A stretch of DNA of 63,594 bases, filler included, from Salisapilia sapeloensis CBS 127946 (Eukaryota; Protista; Oomycota), in the NCBI GenBank assembly GCA_023334545.1. It is 15 parts of 15 records of this genome, joined end to end, with 100 filler letters (N's around TTAATTAATTAA, not from the genome) between each part and the next. Parts side by side here need not be neighbours in the genome. Positions count along the whole stretch, not along the records: positions 35,516 to 45,611 come from JAADVB010000450.1; positions 45,712 to 46,817 come from JAADVB010001307.1; positions 46,918 to 48,791 come from JAADVB010001020.1; 12 more parts are not named here. One strand, given 5' to 3'. Each line of letters opens with the position of its first letter. Position 1 is the stretch's first letter. Below the pieces are notes generated by a model. That model was not told the origin of the DNA and did no database searches. It saw nothing but the letters and a program-made list of their open reading frames with translations. Shown piece by piece: positions 36,896 through 48,791 of this stretch. A program made the position numbers and the translations under genes.

Positions 36896-38007
36896 AGAGT
36901 AAGAAGCAAGCCCCCTGAATTGTTGCGAAGTATACCGACGAAATACTGTCTAATAACTGAGGCACATTTCAGAAGCTACGTGAATTCTTGGAGGGCAATG
37001 TGGAGATTGGTGATTTCAAGATTCCACCTGGACTCTGGAACTCACGGATAGTTTCCGTCTGTTATTTCTTTTATGCATACGAAAAGAGGAGTTTCATCTT
37101 CTCTCTCTAGACTGAAGTGTTTACCCTCTATGGCCTTTTCTAACTTTTGTTTACTTTCACTTTTACCAACTACGACCGAGTTGTACTGCAGACAGTTGTA
37201 ACTCGGGCTTTTACTGCAGAAACTATACAGAATTTCGATATTTGTACGGCGAATTGCGGGTGCATTGCTTCCATAAAAGTGACATAAAAGTGTATTGAAG
37301 AGTTGGAAAGTCAGCGACCGTTTTTAATGCGTCTCCTCGTCGATCTCCTGCTCTGCAAATGCATCCGTTTTACAACCTCCCTGACTGTATCCGTCCTGTA
37401 CCGCTAAAGTGCCATATATATTATCACTTCAACTTGCCTTCAATGTATCCTTGGATCTGGAGCTCATGCTTCACCTCAATTTAGTACCTACTGCCTCGCG
37501 CGGCACTGGGTGTAGTCAACCGTTATAAGTAATACATTCAAATCCAAATTCAAATTTAAAGACAGTTTTAAAATGCATTGGTAAATGGAAGTGGGCATGG
37601 AGGGTCAATCAATACATGGATGTATTTTATTTTGCACATGGTGCAATTGTTGTCGGAAAGTTTCAAACGGTGGTACGACCTAGTGTATCTTTCGTTTGTT
37701 CTGAGTACCCGCACTTCCTAAATACACTGTAGGTAACGCTTAGAACACAATAAGGATAGATGCCCTATTATGCTACACTTTGTTCAATACCTTGGTTTGT
37801 GCATCTTGTGGCTATATTTTGTTCAGTTGCTGGCGCAATAGGTAATATGGAATGAAGATTGTATTTATTTGTTTCTCTCTTTCTCTCTTACTTTACCTAG
37901 GCCAAGCAATCCTTCTTCATGGTGTCGATACGAGGCTATGGTCAATACGGTATGACACGATCTCATTGAGCGTATATGTGTGGTAGGTTTATGCTTTCAT
38001 TTGGGTC

Positions 38008-40116
38008 TTAGCATAGTGGAATTTGGTTATCTTTGGGATCCCGTGCTAGGGTTAGTTTGCTATTCTCATCACGAACGACTCCATCAATCTGGTATGTAGT
38101 TGAATCCACATTGGCTTGGGAAGGTGCCATGTCGAAGCTAATCAATGGAAACGTCGGACGCTTCTGGAATTTGCCGTTGAAAATATGGTAATTTTGTTCC
38201 AGGTAGACGAAAGGTCGAATGTACACAGAGCTTCCAAACCTATAACTCATTTGAAATTGGGAGCGGATGATCGCTTTAGCGCGTAATGGGTCATTCATAA
38301 AAACTTCGATCGCGTTGCGTTCATAAGTTCTCCAGAACTTTGCTAGAGAGATAGCATTGCCTCTAGTTCGTATGTACAGCATAACGACTGCCTTGGTTAT
38401 TGCGATCAGGAAGGAGAATAAAATACTGAAAGCGAAAACATTCAGCAGTGGCACGAAGAAGATTCTCATGAGCTCTGCATCAAAAGATAAGTCTCCGTAT
38501 CTGCGCATGGAGAAGCTCATGCTGTGAGAAAGAAGTGTAGTTGTTGTCGGAGCATCATTGCGGTTGCCATCAAGGTGTAATTTAATAACACAAATGCTCA
38601 TCAAAGCATCATACTGTGTCTGAACGGCTAATAAGGTAGCAGCCATGATTTCATAACCCGAAATGTACGTTATTTCTGTTATCAAGGCAGCAAGGCGCTC
38701 GCTCAGCAAAACAACAGTGTAGCGCCAAATAAAGTTGATGAAGATTATGTTCACTGGCCATATTCGGAATGTACTGAGAATTGCACTTATGACTTGGAAC
38801 CAGTCAGTGGACCACATCAATACATTCGAGTTTGGGCTGATGTAGATCCAAGATAGAAAGGCATCGACGACGAGTAGCAGTGACAATAATTTATTGTGAA
38901 AGGAGACGCTACTGAGATCAGTATATAGCAGAACTCGGGATAACTCTGCTTTCTTCTTCTTCCTCTGACTTGCTTCACTTGCGCTTTCACTAGCACCTGT
39001 CGAGGTTCCTGCAGTAGTTTTTTGCCCACTACTTTCTTTATACGAGTTTGCCTTGGATGACGCTGCCACTGTATCTGATCGGTCTTTACGCATGCCTAGA
39101 AGCAAAGGCCGCACAACTCCGTACGCGACTGTGCACGAATCGCCAATGTTGATGTAGATGATTACCATTTCTAAGAATAACAACAAGTAATAAAGATCGC
39201 CAGTTATTTCCACATCCCCGTCGACTAAGTGGTAGATAGTCGTGGCATCAACTTTGTCCGGCACTCGCCTATCGATGGTATAGCGAGTATCTGTGCGCAC
39301 ATCACTACGAATGTACGAGTTGCCGACATGAAAGTAATCTGTATGTTGCCAAAATGTCAAAGCTTCTGACATAATCCATCGATAGTAGACGCCCATGCGC
39401 TCATTAATGTACAGCTCAATGGAATCGCTCTCGGTAGCATCTGACCAAAAACATAGATACTCGGTCGGTATCTTCCGTTCAACAATTTCGCCCTCGGCGG
39501 GATGGTCGACTAGATCAGCGCAAAGCACATAGTCCCAAGTATCCGTACGCCTTCCAAATTTGACAGAGATGTTGTAAGACAGCTCCCAAAGTTCTTTAGC
39601 ATCTTCATCTTTAATCATAGTTTGAAGTTCCCGCAGCATTTGACGCTGTGGAATCCTCCAAGTAGTAGCAATAATGTCCGATGTAGGTGCCTTATATGGT
39701 ATTGGATGATAAAGAGCATCGCCAATCAACTCAGCGGCCCATACCACGGATTCAATATTGACCGTAGGAAGAATGTCTACTGCGCTACCCAGAGAATGTC
39801 CGTCAATGACACAGTCTTTACCGACAGAGGACACATGGATGGGTATGCCTATGAGCTTTGAGAGCACTAACGAAGAACATCTCAAAGCAATTCCATTCCA
39901 CACATTGTTGGGTGCAACTCTGGTGTTGTTTGACTCTCTCATGATCTCGGTCAACTCGTATTCCGTAGGCTGCTCGACAAAATCAAATGTGAAAGACATG
40001 GTCTTCCCTGGACCGGTCATCACAATCTTGTAATACAGATCCTTAATGTCCATAAATGCAAGAAATATCGCAAACAATATCATAAAGATAACGCTGTTTC
40101 TTTTTCCGAGCGCCAT
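38008..40116 (-). CDS. Multi-pass membrane protein of unknown function (oomycete-type)
   Basis: Intact 702-aa ATG-started ORF: N-terminal hydrophobic segment, large loop, then about six hydrophobic helices in the C-terminal half. No catalytic motif recognised. Confidence 0.75.
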   Translation of the reverse strand: MALGKRNSVIFMILFAIFLAFMDIKDLYYKIVMTGPGKTMSFTFDFVEQPTEYELTEIMRESNNTRVAPNNVWNGIALRCSSLVLSKLIGIPIHVSSVGKDCVIDGHSLGSAVDILPTVNIESVVWAAELIGDALYHPIPYKAPTSDIIATTWRIPQRQMLRELQTMIKDEDAKELWELSYNISVKFGRRTDTWDYVLCADLVDHPAEGEIVERKIPTEYLCFWSDATESDSIELYINERMGVYYRWIMSEALTFWQHTDYFHVGNSYIRSDVRTDTRYTIDRRVPDKVDATTIYHLVDGDVEITGDLYYLLLFLEMVIIYINIGDSCTVAYGVVRPLLLGMRKDRSDTVAASSKANSYKESSGQKTTAGTSTGASESASEASQRKKKKAELSRVLLYTDLSSVSFHNKLLSLLLVVDAFLSWIYISPNSNVLMWSTDWFQVISAILSTFRIWPVNIIFINFIWRYTVVLLSERLAALITEITYISGYEIMAATLLAVQTQYDALMSICVIKLHLDGNRNDAPTTTTLLSHSMSFSMRRYGDLSFDAELMRIFFVPLLNVFAFSILFSFLIAITKAVVMLYIRTRGNAISLAKFWRTYERNAIEVFMNDPLRAKAIIRSQFQMSYRFGSSVYIRPFVYLEQNYHIFNGKFQKRPTFPLISFDMAPSQANVDSTTYQIDGVVRDENSKLTLARDPKDNQIPLC

Positions 40117-43100
40117 GTTGATCTCTGAAGAAACCCTACGGCATTGCGGGAAACTTTATTTGGTCAAGTAAGGAATGCTTGGAAGCGAGCCAAACCCGAG
40201 AATGAGACTTTATAAAACTCGTAGAAGCATGAAATTTGTCACGATGAAACCACCACGGCAACCTTGATAAGGTTCAAGCGGTAACGGACCATCTGAGAAT
40301 TTATTTATGGGAAACCAATTAAGTCCCAATTGTAGCTAAAGCGCTCAGTCTACACTAAACGGCATACATTAACTTTATTTTAGGACATTATCGCAAAATA
40401 GACGATGAAACAACCAATAATTTCAAAAGTAGAACTGGAAAAGTAATTTCAATCAGCTTTTCCATGCTCTTATCAATGGAACACTCTTACCGGAAGCTAT
40501 CTAATAGGTCGTCAACTTAGATCCCTATTATATTGCTATATCTCCTTGTAAACTAAAATCGTATACTAAAACAGGGTATTAAAGTTGTCAAAAATCGTCT
40601 TTATAACTACATGTCTTGAGCACTGATGTTTTAGTCTCCCCATTCTTATACTTTTCGTTCTATAATCTAAACTAGCTACCTCCAGAGGGAGATGACATGG
40701 AAATATCGGGTGTTGGTAATCTGAAAGATCTGGATATTCTGCAGGCTGGTGAAGATAATCATGAACACAAACTACTGATAATTTCTGCACGGTCTTCAAA
40801 CTTTATCTCCCTCTAATACTGCCAAATTAGATGACCTCAGTAAAGTTTGATTCAAAGCGTAATTATTTACGAAAGCAAGGTAATTAATAGTTGAATGATT
40901 CGTATCCCAACACTGCACTTCATGCTATTCAAACTTGGCACAAAGTCATCTTTCTAAAGCATCATGACCTTGAGTGCCACACTATATTCGGTACAAGACA
41001 GGCTCTTTGTATACAGTCGTCTTTTTTGCCAACTCGTATGCACTCTTCTTTGCCTGCAGAGATACACTTAAAGCTTGTCTAGCATTTGGCAATTATACAA
41101 TTCGTGTCCACGATATGTTGTCAATTTACGGTACTTTCGTATCATTGAAGTACGGACATTTGTATATCTAGATTTTGCTAATTTGTCCCAACTTATAGCT
41201 CGAAACGTTTCAACTCTCGGATGCTAATCGTTTCTAGGTTGCCATCTTCATGTCCTCAAGACCAGGGTTTCTACTTCTACGAGATAAATGCAATCAAGAA
41301 AGCTTTCTGCTTGGAATTTCTCATTGTATCCAAATTGAGAAAGACGAGGGCTATGGCTTCGATCGGAAGTGAAACATGGAATCATTTGAGCACGACGTTT
41401 ACTAATGCAGCTGTGGATGGCCGGACTGCAGATCACTGTTTGGCATTTACAAGTGTGGAGACTATATCGGAAAATGCTCTGCATTGCTTTATTGTCATTC
41501 CCGTTAAAGTTCACCGGCTATCGGCTATTCTAAGCGAAAACGAAAGAGCATTGGCATCCATACTGGTCTCCCGTATGTGCTCAACAATATATGGCTGTAG
41601 ACGGCTACGCATATATGCAGCACATGTGCCGCATAGCTTTCTGCCCTCATCGATCCCTCACAATACCACCGACGTCCTCTTTTTAAATGTATATCTCCAA
41701 TTGTTCCGCCTTAGCGCTCGCATACCTTCGCTCCATGCACCTTCTTCTGTTCATTTCGGTCGTCGAAGCGTCAATTGTCAGCTGCCTTTGTATGTCGGCT
41801 CCTTTACGTTGCCTTGCCAGATTTATTGAATGCAAGGCATTTCAGTCACACTTCGAGCTCCCTCAGGCTGACCGGCACACGTTGGCGAAGAAGTGACCTC
41901 AAGGAAGACCTGGCCTCCCCGGAGATCTTGCACGTTGAGCGCGGGTTGCTGGTTGTCGGTTGTGTGCGCTGTGGGAGATCGGAGAATGAGCAGTTTTGTT
42001 CAAGGCTTGAAAGTAAGAGCGGATGTGACATTAGGCTAGAAAGATAGCCGAAAGGTCCGAGAGGACTACGATGGGTTAATGCAGATAGAGAAGAGAAGAT
42101 CGGAAATAACCAATAAATATATTGCCCAACACGAAAAGTCTTTAGACTGCAGTCATGCTCCTCTTCCATATCATTTACAAACCCAGTACAGTCTATCTCC
42201 TGGGCGTCGGAGAGCTCGCCTCTACCTGCTTAAAAGTATCTGGACGGTCTTCCTGGAAGAGAGACAGCCGACCTAGATAGCATTCCCACTTTCTTTCACC
42301 ACTGCTTGTCTTGTGTCTTAGGTACACCTTCTTTCAGGTGTTGGACATTAGAGTTCGCTGCTTGTGTGTAGACGTAACACAATATACAACAAACTTAATA
42401 TATATATTTTCCTCTTCCATTCATCTCCCTTCACATAATGGCAAGAAACTAATAAGATTTTCTTACTGCTACCGTTCTGAGAACTGCTCTGCAAAGTCCT
42501 CTTTGTATTGTACTTTTCGCAAAATCATTTTGGTAGCCTAAAGTATACATTTTATAGGTCTGGCGATTCGAGTCTGGCGGTTCAATGAACAGTCGTAGGA
42601 AAGTTTGAGTAGGACCGACAATAACTTTAACCACACGATTTACTGTTTTGTTAGAAAGAGGTTGTTTTTCATATTTAGTAGCCCAAGTTATTTTCACATC
42701 CGCCGCCACCATCTCCCAACAACCCAAGTCAAATAATCTGTAGCTAGAAGTACTCTTGTAGTCGATGTAATGTACAAGGAAGGTTTTAAGGCCGATAGAC
42801 GACTATGCGAGAGCAGGATGCTGATCGAAGTACACTACGTTCGGTGTCTCCACTGGAAATGATGTAGGGGCAGTATGTCTTGTACACTCATAGCTTCGCT
42901 TTTATAGATCAATGCAAATCGCTAGAATCTAAATTTTTATTGAATTTGTACATTCTTATTGCACATGAGTAGCTGTCGGGCACTTATGGCATTGCTGAGT
43001 GGTATCTTCATCCACCCATGCATCTGAGATGGTAGATCTGGCAGGTTCATATTTCTTGTAGATATCACCGCAAATACTCAACGATATGGTCTCTCACCAA

Positions 43101-44096
43101 TGCAGTTGATGTGCTCGTGGCTACACGATCCTTGATTTTGCGATAAAGAAGATTATATGCTGTGTGGCGTGTCCAGCGAACGCTCGGATGGATATCGTCG
43201 ATGGCAACATACTCTTTGTGATGTACGGCATTCGAACTAGAAATGCGGTTCCGTGTGCACAGCTAAAGTATATGTGTGGGCATCCAGAGCAAGCAGTCCC
43301 TTTGCCACCGACACGGGCCGGTGGCTAGAAATTAAACACCTTTATGTAGTTAGAGAACGGCGAGGCCCGTAGGCTGGTGCACGAATCGCGTGTGATGGCT
43401 CGGAGATTAGATATCATAAGTCACTTGACGTCAATGCACCTCACTTTTAATTTAATTCAGAGCAAACAGTCTCCAAGGGAGTAATGCACATTTGATCACG
43501 TGTCGATGCCAATTATTAAGCAGATCAAACTAAACAATGCTAGTGAAAGTAAGACGCAAATCGCCTCGATGCTGCCAAATTTAATAGCACATGGGAATTA
43601 TGTTTAAAAAACTAAAGCGCTTAATGTGCTTCGCACGTTAAAAGCAAAGATGATTATGTTACGGACGCATGAATGGGCATTCTTGGTCAGTTGTTCATTG
43701 TCTTAAGTGCATGGAGATAAGTCAAAACTGTGATTGAAAATATAAGAGAGCCCAACTTGCAGTGATTATAGCATTTTCGATTAATCGATACATTCACAGT
43801 CCATGACTCTGGATGCAGGACGAACTTGGTTTGTTGCAAAGGACGCATCCTCAGATTAGTCACCTATTGTACTTGTACACAAGCTATCGCTACTTGCGCT
43901 TGGCATAATATATCTATATCGTACGCAAGATTGGCCGTCGCAGCTAATCAAATACTCGAAGAAAAGTTTCTTGTATCAACATCCAGAGATAATATTTCTT
44001 GCGAAATTACCCGTACACACTACAGAAACATCCTACCGCATTCTCATGCTACGGTATTGTATCCGTCCATGGCTCCACTTCATCTATGGAAAGCGC

Positions 44097-45611
44097 TTAG
44101 CATCCAGTGCCACCGGCAATCACGAGACAGCCAGTCGCCGGGAAGATGCCCATCAAATTCGTCAAAACAGACCAGACGAGTGCAATGACCATGTAGGCAA
44201 GGGTAGCAACTCCGATCCAGAAGCTGGTTTGACCCTTGCGCTTGAGCTCCTGCGTCTCAGCCTTCTGGCGCGGCAAGAATACCAAGAATGCCCAGGATAC
44301 TACCGTCATGAGGTACATGATAGTCACCTGCCACGTCACATTCATGCGTACCTCGTGAGTGTCATTTTTAATCATCTCATTCGTTGCCGGAAGCTGAGCA
44401 TCCACAAGACGAGAGATAGTGGCCGCGAACGGCTGCGCGAGGTTGTACACGGTCGTGATCATACCGTAGAGCGCACCTTCGTTACCATCTTCAACCAATT
44501 CGACAGTGACGTAGGTACTGATAATAAACTGGATACCATACGGGACTTGCACGGCGATCGGTGGGCCGAGGAAGAACCATTGGCTACGGAACACATCCCA
44601 CACGGAAATGTATGTGACGATTGCATCCACAACAATCACCATGATGCCCGTGACTACCGTCATCGTACGCCAGTTCCATTGCAGACCCCAACGACTCGTT
44701 GCCATGATACCAAACATGAATGTAAGTTGGCCGAGCACAGATGAGATAGTTTGATTGATCGGAGTGACGCCGACCATGTACAGCTGCACCGGCGAAGAGG
44801 CAGCGTACGAGAAACTCGAGAAGAACGAGGAAAAGAACTGGTAGAAGAGGATCTGGTAGATGACGCGCGTCTGGATGTTGCGCCACAAGTCCTTGATGTA
44901 GCCCTTGAAGTTGACCCTCTCACGCTTTTCTTCGTTGATAAAGAACCAGGTGCACGGGATCGCAGGAGCGAGACAGCAAGCAAGGATGAGCATCAACTGC
45001 GGGAAGGTAAGTGAGCCACTGAAGTTGCCACCGTAGTCCTCGCCATTGAAAGCAAAACCAGTGAGCAAGATTCCGACTAGCTGAGTTGCCGTGCGGACAA
45101 TGTAAATGGCCGACTGGGCCTTGCCACGAGTTGCTAGGGGCTCACGCTGAGCCAATTCGGCCATGAAGGAATCAGCACACACATCTGACATGAGGTAGCC
45201 GACGGCAGCAAGCATCATCAGGACAATGTACTTGCCCGCGGAATCAGGGGCTCCTTCGTTGAGGCGGCCTCTGATACCAGGGTGCTTATCGTAATCTTCG
45301 GGTTTGATATCACGATCGGCAGCGTCAAGAAAGTAAGGCTGTTCGACCGGAGTGGCAGCCATGATAATAAGCATAACCAGACAGAGACTCCAGCCCATGA
45401 TCATATACGGGCGACGACGGTATCCAAAGACCGGGAGGCAATCAGACAGCATACCATAGAAGACCTTGAAAGACCAAGGCAAGGTTACCAAGGCTTCAGC
45501 AGCGAGGTAGATGGTACCTTCGGCGTTCAGGTACGCTTGAATGAATGGGTAGATGGTAGCGGGGAGCACACCGTAAATGAGGCCGACGGCAGCGTACTGA
45601 ATGGGAATGCC
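44097..45611 (-). CDS. Folate-biopterin transporter (BT1/FBT, MFS) (5' truncated)
   Basis: LPWSFKVFYGMLSDCLPVFGYRRRPYM; DVCADSFMAELAQREP..TRGKAQS; GNEGALYGMITT; about 12 TM segments. The frame stays open to the contig end. Confidence 0.92.
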   Translation of the reverse strand, partial: GIPIQYAAVGLIYGVLPATIYPFIQAYLNAEGTIYLAAEALVTLPWSFKVFYGMLSDCLPVFGYRRRPYMIMGWSLCLVMLIIMAATPVEQPYFLDAADRDIKPEDYDKHPGIRGRLNEGAPDSAGKYIVLMMLAAVGYLMSDVCADSFMAELAQREPLATRGKAQSAIYIVRTATQLVGILLTGFAFNGEDYGGNFSGSLTFPQLMLILACCLAPAIPCTWFFINEEKRERVNFKGYIKDLWRNIQTRVIYQILFYQFFSSFFSSFSYAASSPVQLYMVGVTPINQTISSVLGQLTFMFGIMATSRWGLQWNWRTMTVVTGIMVIVVDAIVTYISVWDVFRSQWFFLGPPIAVQVPYGIQFIISTYVTVELVEDGNEGALYGMITTVYNLAQPFAATISRLVDAQLPATNEMIKNDTHEVRMNVTWQVTIMYLMTVVSWAFLVFLPRQKAETQELKRKGQTSFWIGVATLAYMVIALVWSVLTNLMGIFPATGCLVIAGGTGC

Positions 45612-45711
45612 NNNNNNNNNNNNNNNNNNNNNNNNNNNNNNNNNNNNNNNNNNNNTTAATTAATTAANNNNNNNNNNNNNNNNNNNNNNNNNNNNNNNNN
45701 NNNNNNNNNNN

Positions 45712-45929
45712 GTATTGAGGCTTAATCCGAATACTAGACTTCGAGTTTCTATATACCTACTAAATTCTAATACAATCTCCTTAATCTTCATCTTAGTATG
45801 GAAAGGTCTAGGGACCATTCATGTTCCTTGTACCTTTGTACTAGCATCACACACTCCAATGTAAGGACCCACTTCAAGATCCGGAATATTACCCCAGTTT
45901 GGGATACATTCATGTAACTCCCCGTTACA
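45712..45929 (-). mobile_element. Partial copy of the 350-bp LTR family (first 218 bp, pointing outward)
   Basis: Reverse complement begins TGTAACGGGGAGTTACA and is colinear with 917-1134. Confidence 0.8.
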
Positions 45930-46599
45930 TACATCCACGTCACGACGGTGTCAACTGAAGATGCTGTCGGCACGTTGACTCCCTGTGCTTCATCTCGCGC
46001 TGTCCTTGCACATGCGCTTTCTTTTCATTCGTGCGAGTCCGCGGATACCCTTTATGGCTCCTGGTACCCAATTGGGGCTGAGGAACCACTTCGAACGTCA
46101 TTTCAGCTGCCATCACTGGTACTCTGCACTGGGTAGTCCTACCTTAACGTCGTCCAAAGTTATTCCACTTTTGCACACCATATTCAGTATCCCAGGCATC
46201 GCCTGATGCATTGGATCGCTGGTTCAGTTATCCTGCGCATGCTCCGCCGCGACCGTCACTGGCTCTGGATGACCCCACCTGAGCCCGTTGACACTTCACC
46301 TCACCAGTTTCTCTGATGGCGATAACCACTAGCTCTGGATGTTCCAACACCCTTCTAGCTTCGCATGAGTCTCCTTGGAAGCTTCTGATGGCAACGCTAC
46401 TGCCTGCACACTCCATAGACCATTTCGACATCGGCATGATATCAGCACCGCTGGTACGAGTAGGCACCACTGGTTCCGTCGGTATACCAGCTCCTCTGGT
46501 GTTCCCGCAAGCTTCAGCTAACCTCATAAGCATCTCCGCAGGCTTAACACACTCCAGCGCCGCTGTTTCCGTCGCTCAACATCTTCCGGTCAGCGGTAG

Positions 46600-46817
46600 T
46601 GTATCGGGATATTACATGAATGTATCCCAAACTGGGGTAACATTCCGGATCTTGAAGTGGGTCCTTACATTGGAGCGTGTGATGCTAGTACAAAGGTACA
46701 AGGAACATGAATGGTCCCTAGACCTTTCCATACTAAGATGAAGATTAAGGAGATTGTATTAGAATTTAGTAGGTATATAGAAACTCGAAGTCTAGTATTC
46801 GGATTAAGCCTCAATAC
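46600..46817 (+). mobile_element. Partial copy of the 350-bp LTR family (first 218 bp, pointing outward)
   Basis: Begins TGTATCGGGATATTACA. Exact inverted match to 45712 onward for 141 nt, then about six mismatches. Confidence 0.8.
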
Positions 46818-46960
46818 NNNNNNNNNNNNNNNNNNNNNNNNNNNNNNNNNNNNNNNNNNNNTTAATTAATTAANNNNNNNNNNNNNNNNNNNNNNNNNNN
46901 NNNNNNNNNNNNNNNNNGATGATGAAGCGATTCAGTTCTGACCACTAGTCAGAACACCGA

Positions 46961-47310
46961 TGTGACGGGAGTCACAACGATAGCCCTTTCAACGTAAGGA
47001 AAGCGTTAAACGCGGAGTATGAAACTCTTGTACTAAAAGTACGGAAGTAGTGTAAGACACTTGTGCTTTCGAAAGCAAAATGAGAACTGATTGTATTGAG
47101 GCTTACTTCGAATACTAGACTTAACGTTTCTATGTACCTACTAAATCCTGATACAATCTCCTTAATCTCCATCTTAGTATGGAAAGGTCTAACGACCATT
47201 CATGTTCCTTGTACCTTTGTATTTGCATCACATGCTCCAATACAAGGCCCCACTTCAAGATCCGGAATGTTACCCCAGCTTGGGATGCATTCATGTAACT
47301 TCCCGTTACA
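46961..47310 (-). mobile_element. 350-bp solo LTR-like repeat (copy B)
   Basis: Same length and termini as 917-1266, in reverse orientation. Flanks CCGA/CCAA are a possible 4-bp TSD with one mismatch. Confidence 0.75.
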
Positions 47311-47633
47311 CCAAGCAAGTGACTTTGTAGGATTCAAAACGACTCTAACTTCAACATAACTTCAAGATAGCTAAAACGAGTGGGTCCTATCCCCACTAAA
47401 CCGACCACGTCGCATCGAATGATACCCTTCTTGTTCTCATCGCATCTCTAGAAGCATGTATCCGATCGACTTTTCACAAAAATGCTCATTTTTGGCTCTT
47501 TGCCGACCTGTACCTCCGTCAGATCAGCGTCACAGAGTCTGGATTTTTGTCATCACGGATAAAGTGTCGTCTTCTTTCAGCCAAATGTGAAAGCAAAGTC
47601 AAAAACGGCCTAGTTTTCTCACCAGACCGATAC

Positions 47634-47698
47634 TAAACCCTAAATCCCTAGATCCCTTGAACCCTTGAACCCTTGAACGGTGACTAGGGTTCAAACCC
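47634..47698 (+). repeat. Short degenerate CCCTAAA/CCCTTGAA tandem array with an inverted unit
   Basis: TAAACCCTAAATCCCTAGATCCCTTGAACCCTTGAACCCTTGAAC followed by GGGTTCAA (reverse complement of TTGAACCC). Confidence 0.5.
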
Positions 47699-48068
47699 TT
47701 CTACCCTATCCATGAACATCATATATTTAGCTTTACTCTGTACCTATCCTTTCATCAACATGCTCTATCTTTGTGATCCACACAATTTTTCTATTCTACT
47801 TGGGCTCATGAACGAAGAAGCTTAGGAACCTCTTCCGACTAAACATGCATTCTACATCTACAACCCAGCTATCTCACCAAGCCGATACTAAACCTAGATC
47901 CCAAATATATTCACTCAAGTGCGATCAACCCAACATGCGTTCAATTGTGGCTTCGCCGTAGAAAAGATACGATCCGGAGGGAGAACTCTGCTTCAATGCC
48001 ACTCCCATGTTTTCCATTTTCCAAAAAATCATCTACCAGAACCAACGAAAGAGAACATCCTACGAGTT

Positions 48069-48791
48069 ATGGATTTGAGTGCTTCCCCAAGGGATAACTC
48101 TGCATCACTCTTCTCTGCTACCCGAAATGGTCACTTGGATGTGGTTCGTTCCCTCGTGGATAAGGATGCCGATGTGAATGCTGCTACATATTATGGAGAG
48201 ACTCCCCTCATTTCAGCGGCTCTTAGCGGTCACTTGGATGTGATTCGTGCCCTAGTCGATATGGGTGCCGATGTGAATGCTTCTGATCCGGATGGATCCA
48301 CTCCTCTCTTTGCAGCGGCTCGTAAAGGTCACTTGGATGTGGTTCATTCCCTCGTGGATGAAGGTGCGCATGTGAATGCTTCTGGAATTAATGGGTGGAC
48401 TCCTCTCTTTGCAGCAGCTCAGGAAGGTCACTTCGGTGTGGTTCGTTTCCTAGTGGATGCCGATGCAGATTTGAATGCTTCTGACGCTGATGGATCCACT
48501 CCTCTCATTCTAGCAGCTCGTAAAGGTCACTTGGATGTGGTCCGTTTCCACGTGAATGCGGATGCGGACGTGAATGCTTCTACAAATCATGAACGGACCC
48601 TTCTCTTTGTAGCAGCTGAGGAAGGTCACTTGGATTTGGTTCGTGCCCTAGTCTATAAGGAAGCGGATGTGAATGCTTCTGCAAATAATGGAGTGACTCC
48701 TCTCATTCCAGCAGCTGTTAAAGGTCACATGGATATGGTTCGGTTTTTAGTCAATAAGGGTGCGGATGTGAATGCTTCTATGAATAATGGA
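48069..48791 (+). CDS. Ankyrin-repeat protein (about 7 tandem 33-aa repeats; 3' truncated)
   Basis: Repeated G.TPL..AA..GHLDVVR.LVD..ADVNAS units with a visible 99-nt DNA periodicity. Confidence 0.92.

Noticed and set aside
45712-46817. DIRS-like element with inverted LTRs
   Set aside because: No tyrosine recombinase, RT or internal complementary region is present, and the arms are part of a dispersed 350-bp TG...CA family.
47685-47700. GGGTTCAAACCC as a tRNA T-arm or B-box
   Set aside because: There is no cloverleaf or A-box upstream, and it is better explained as the inverted unit of the adjacent tandem repeat. No tRNA, rRNA or CRISPR array was found in the window.
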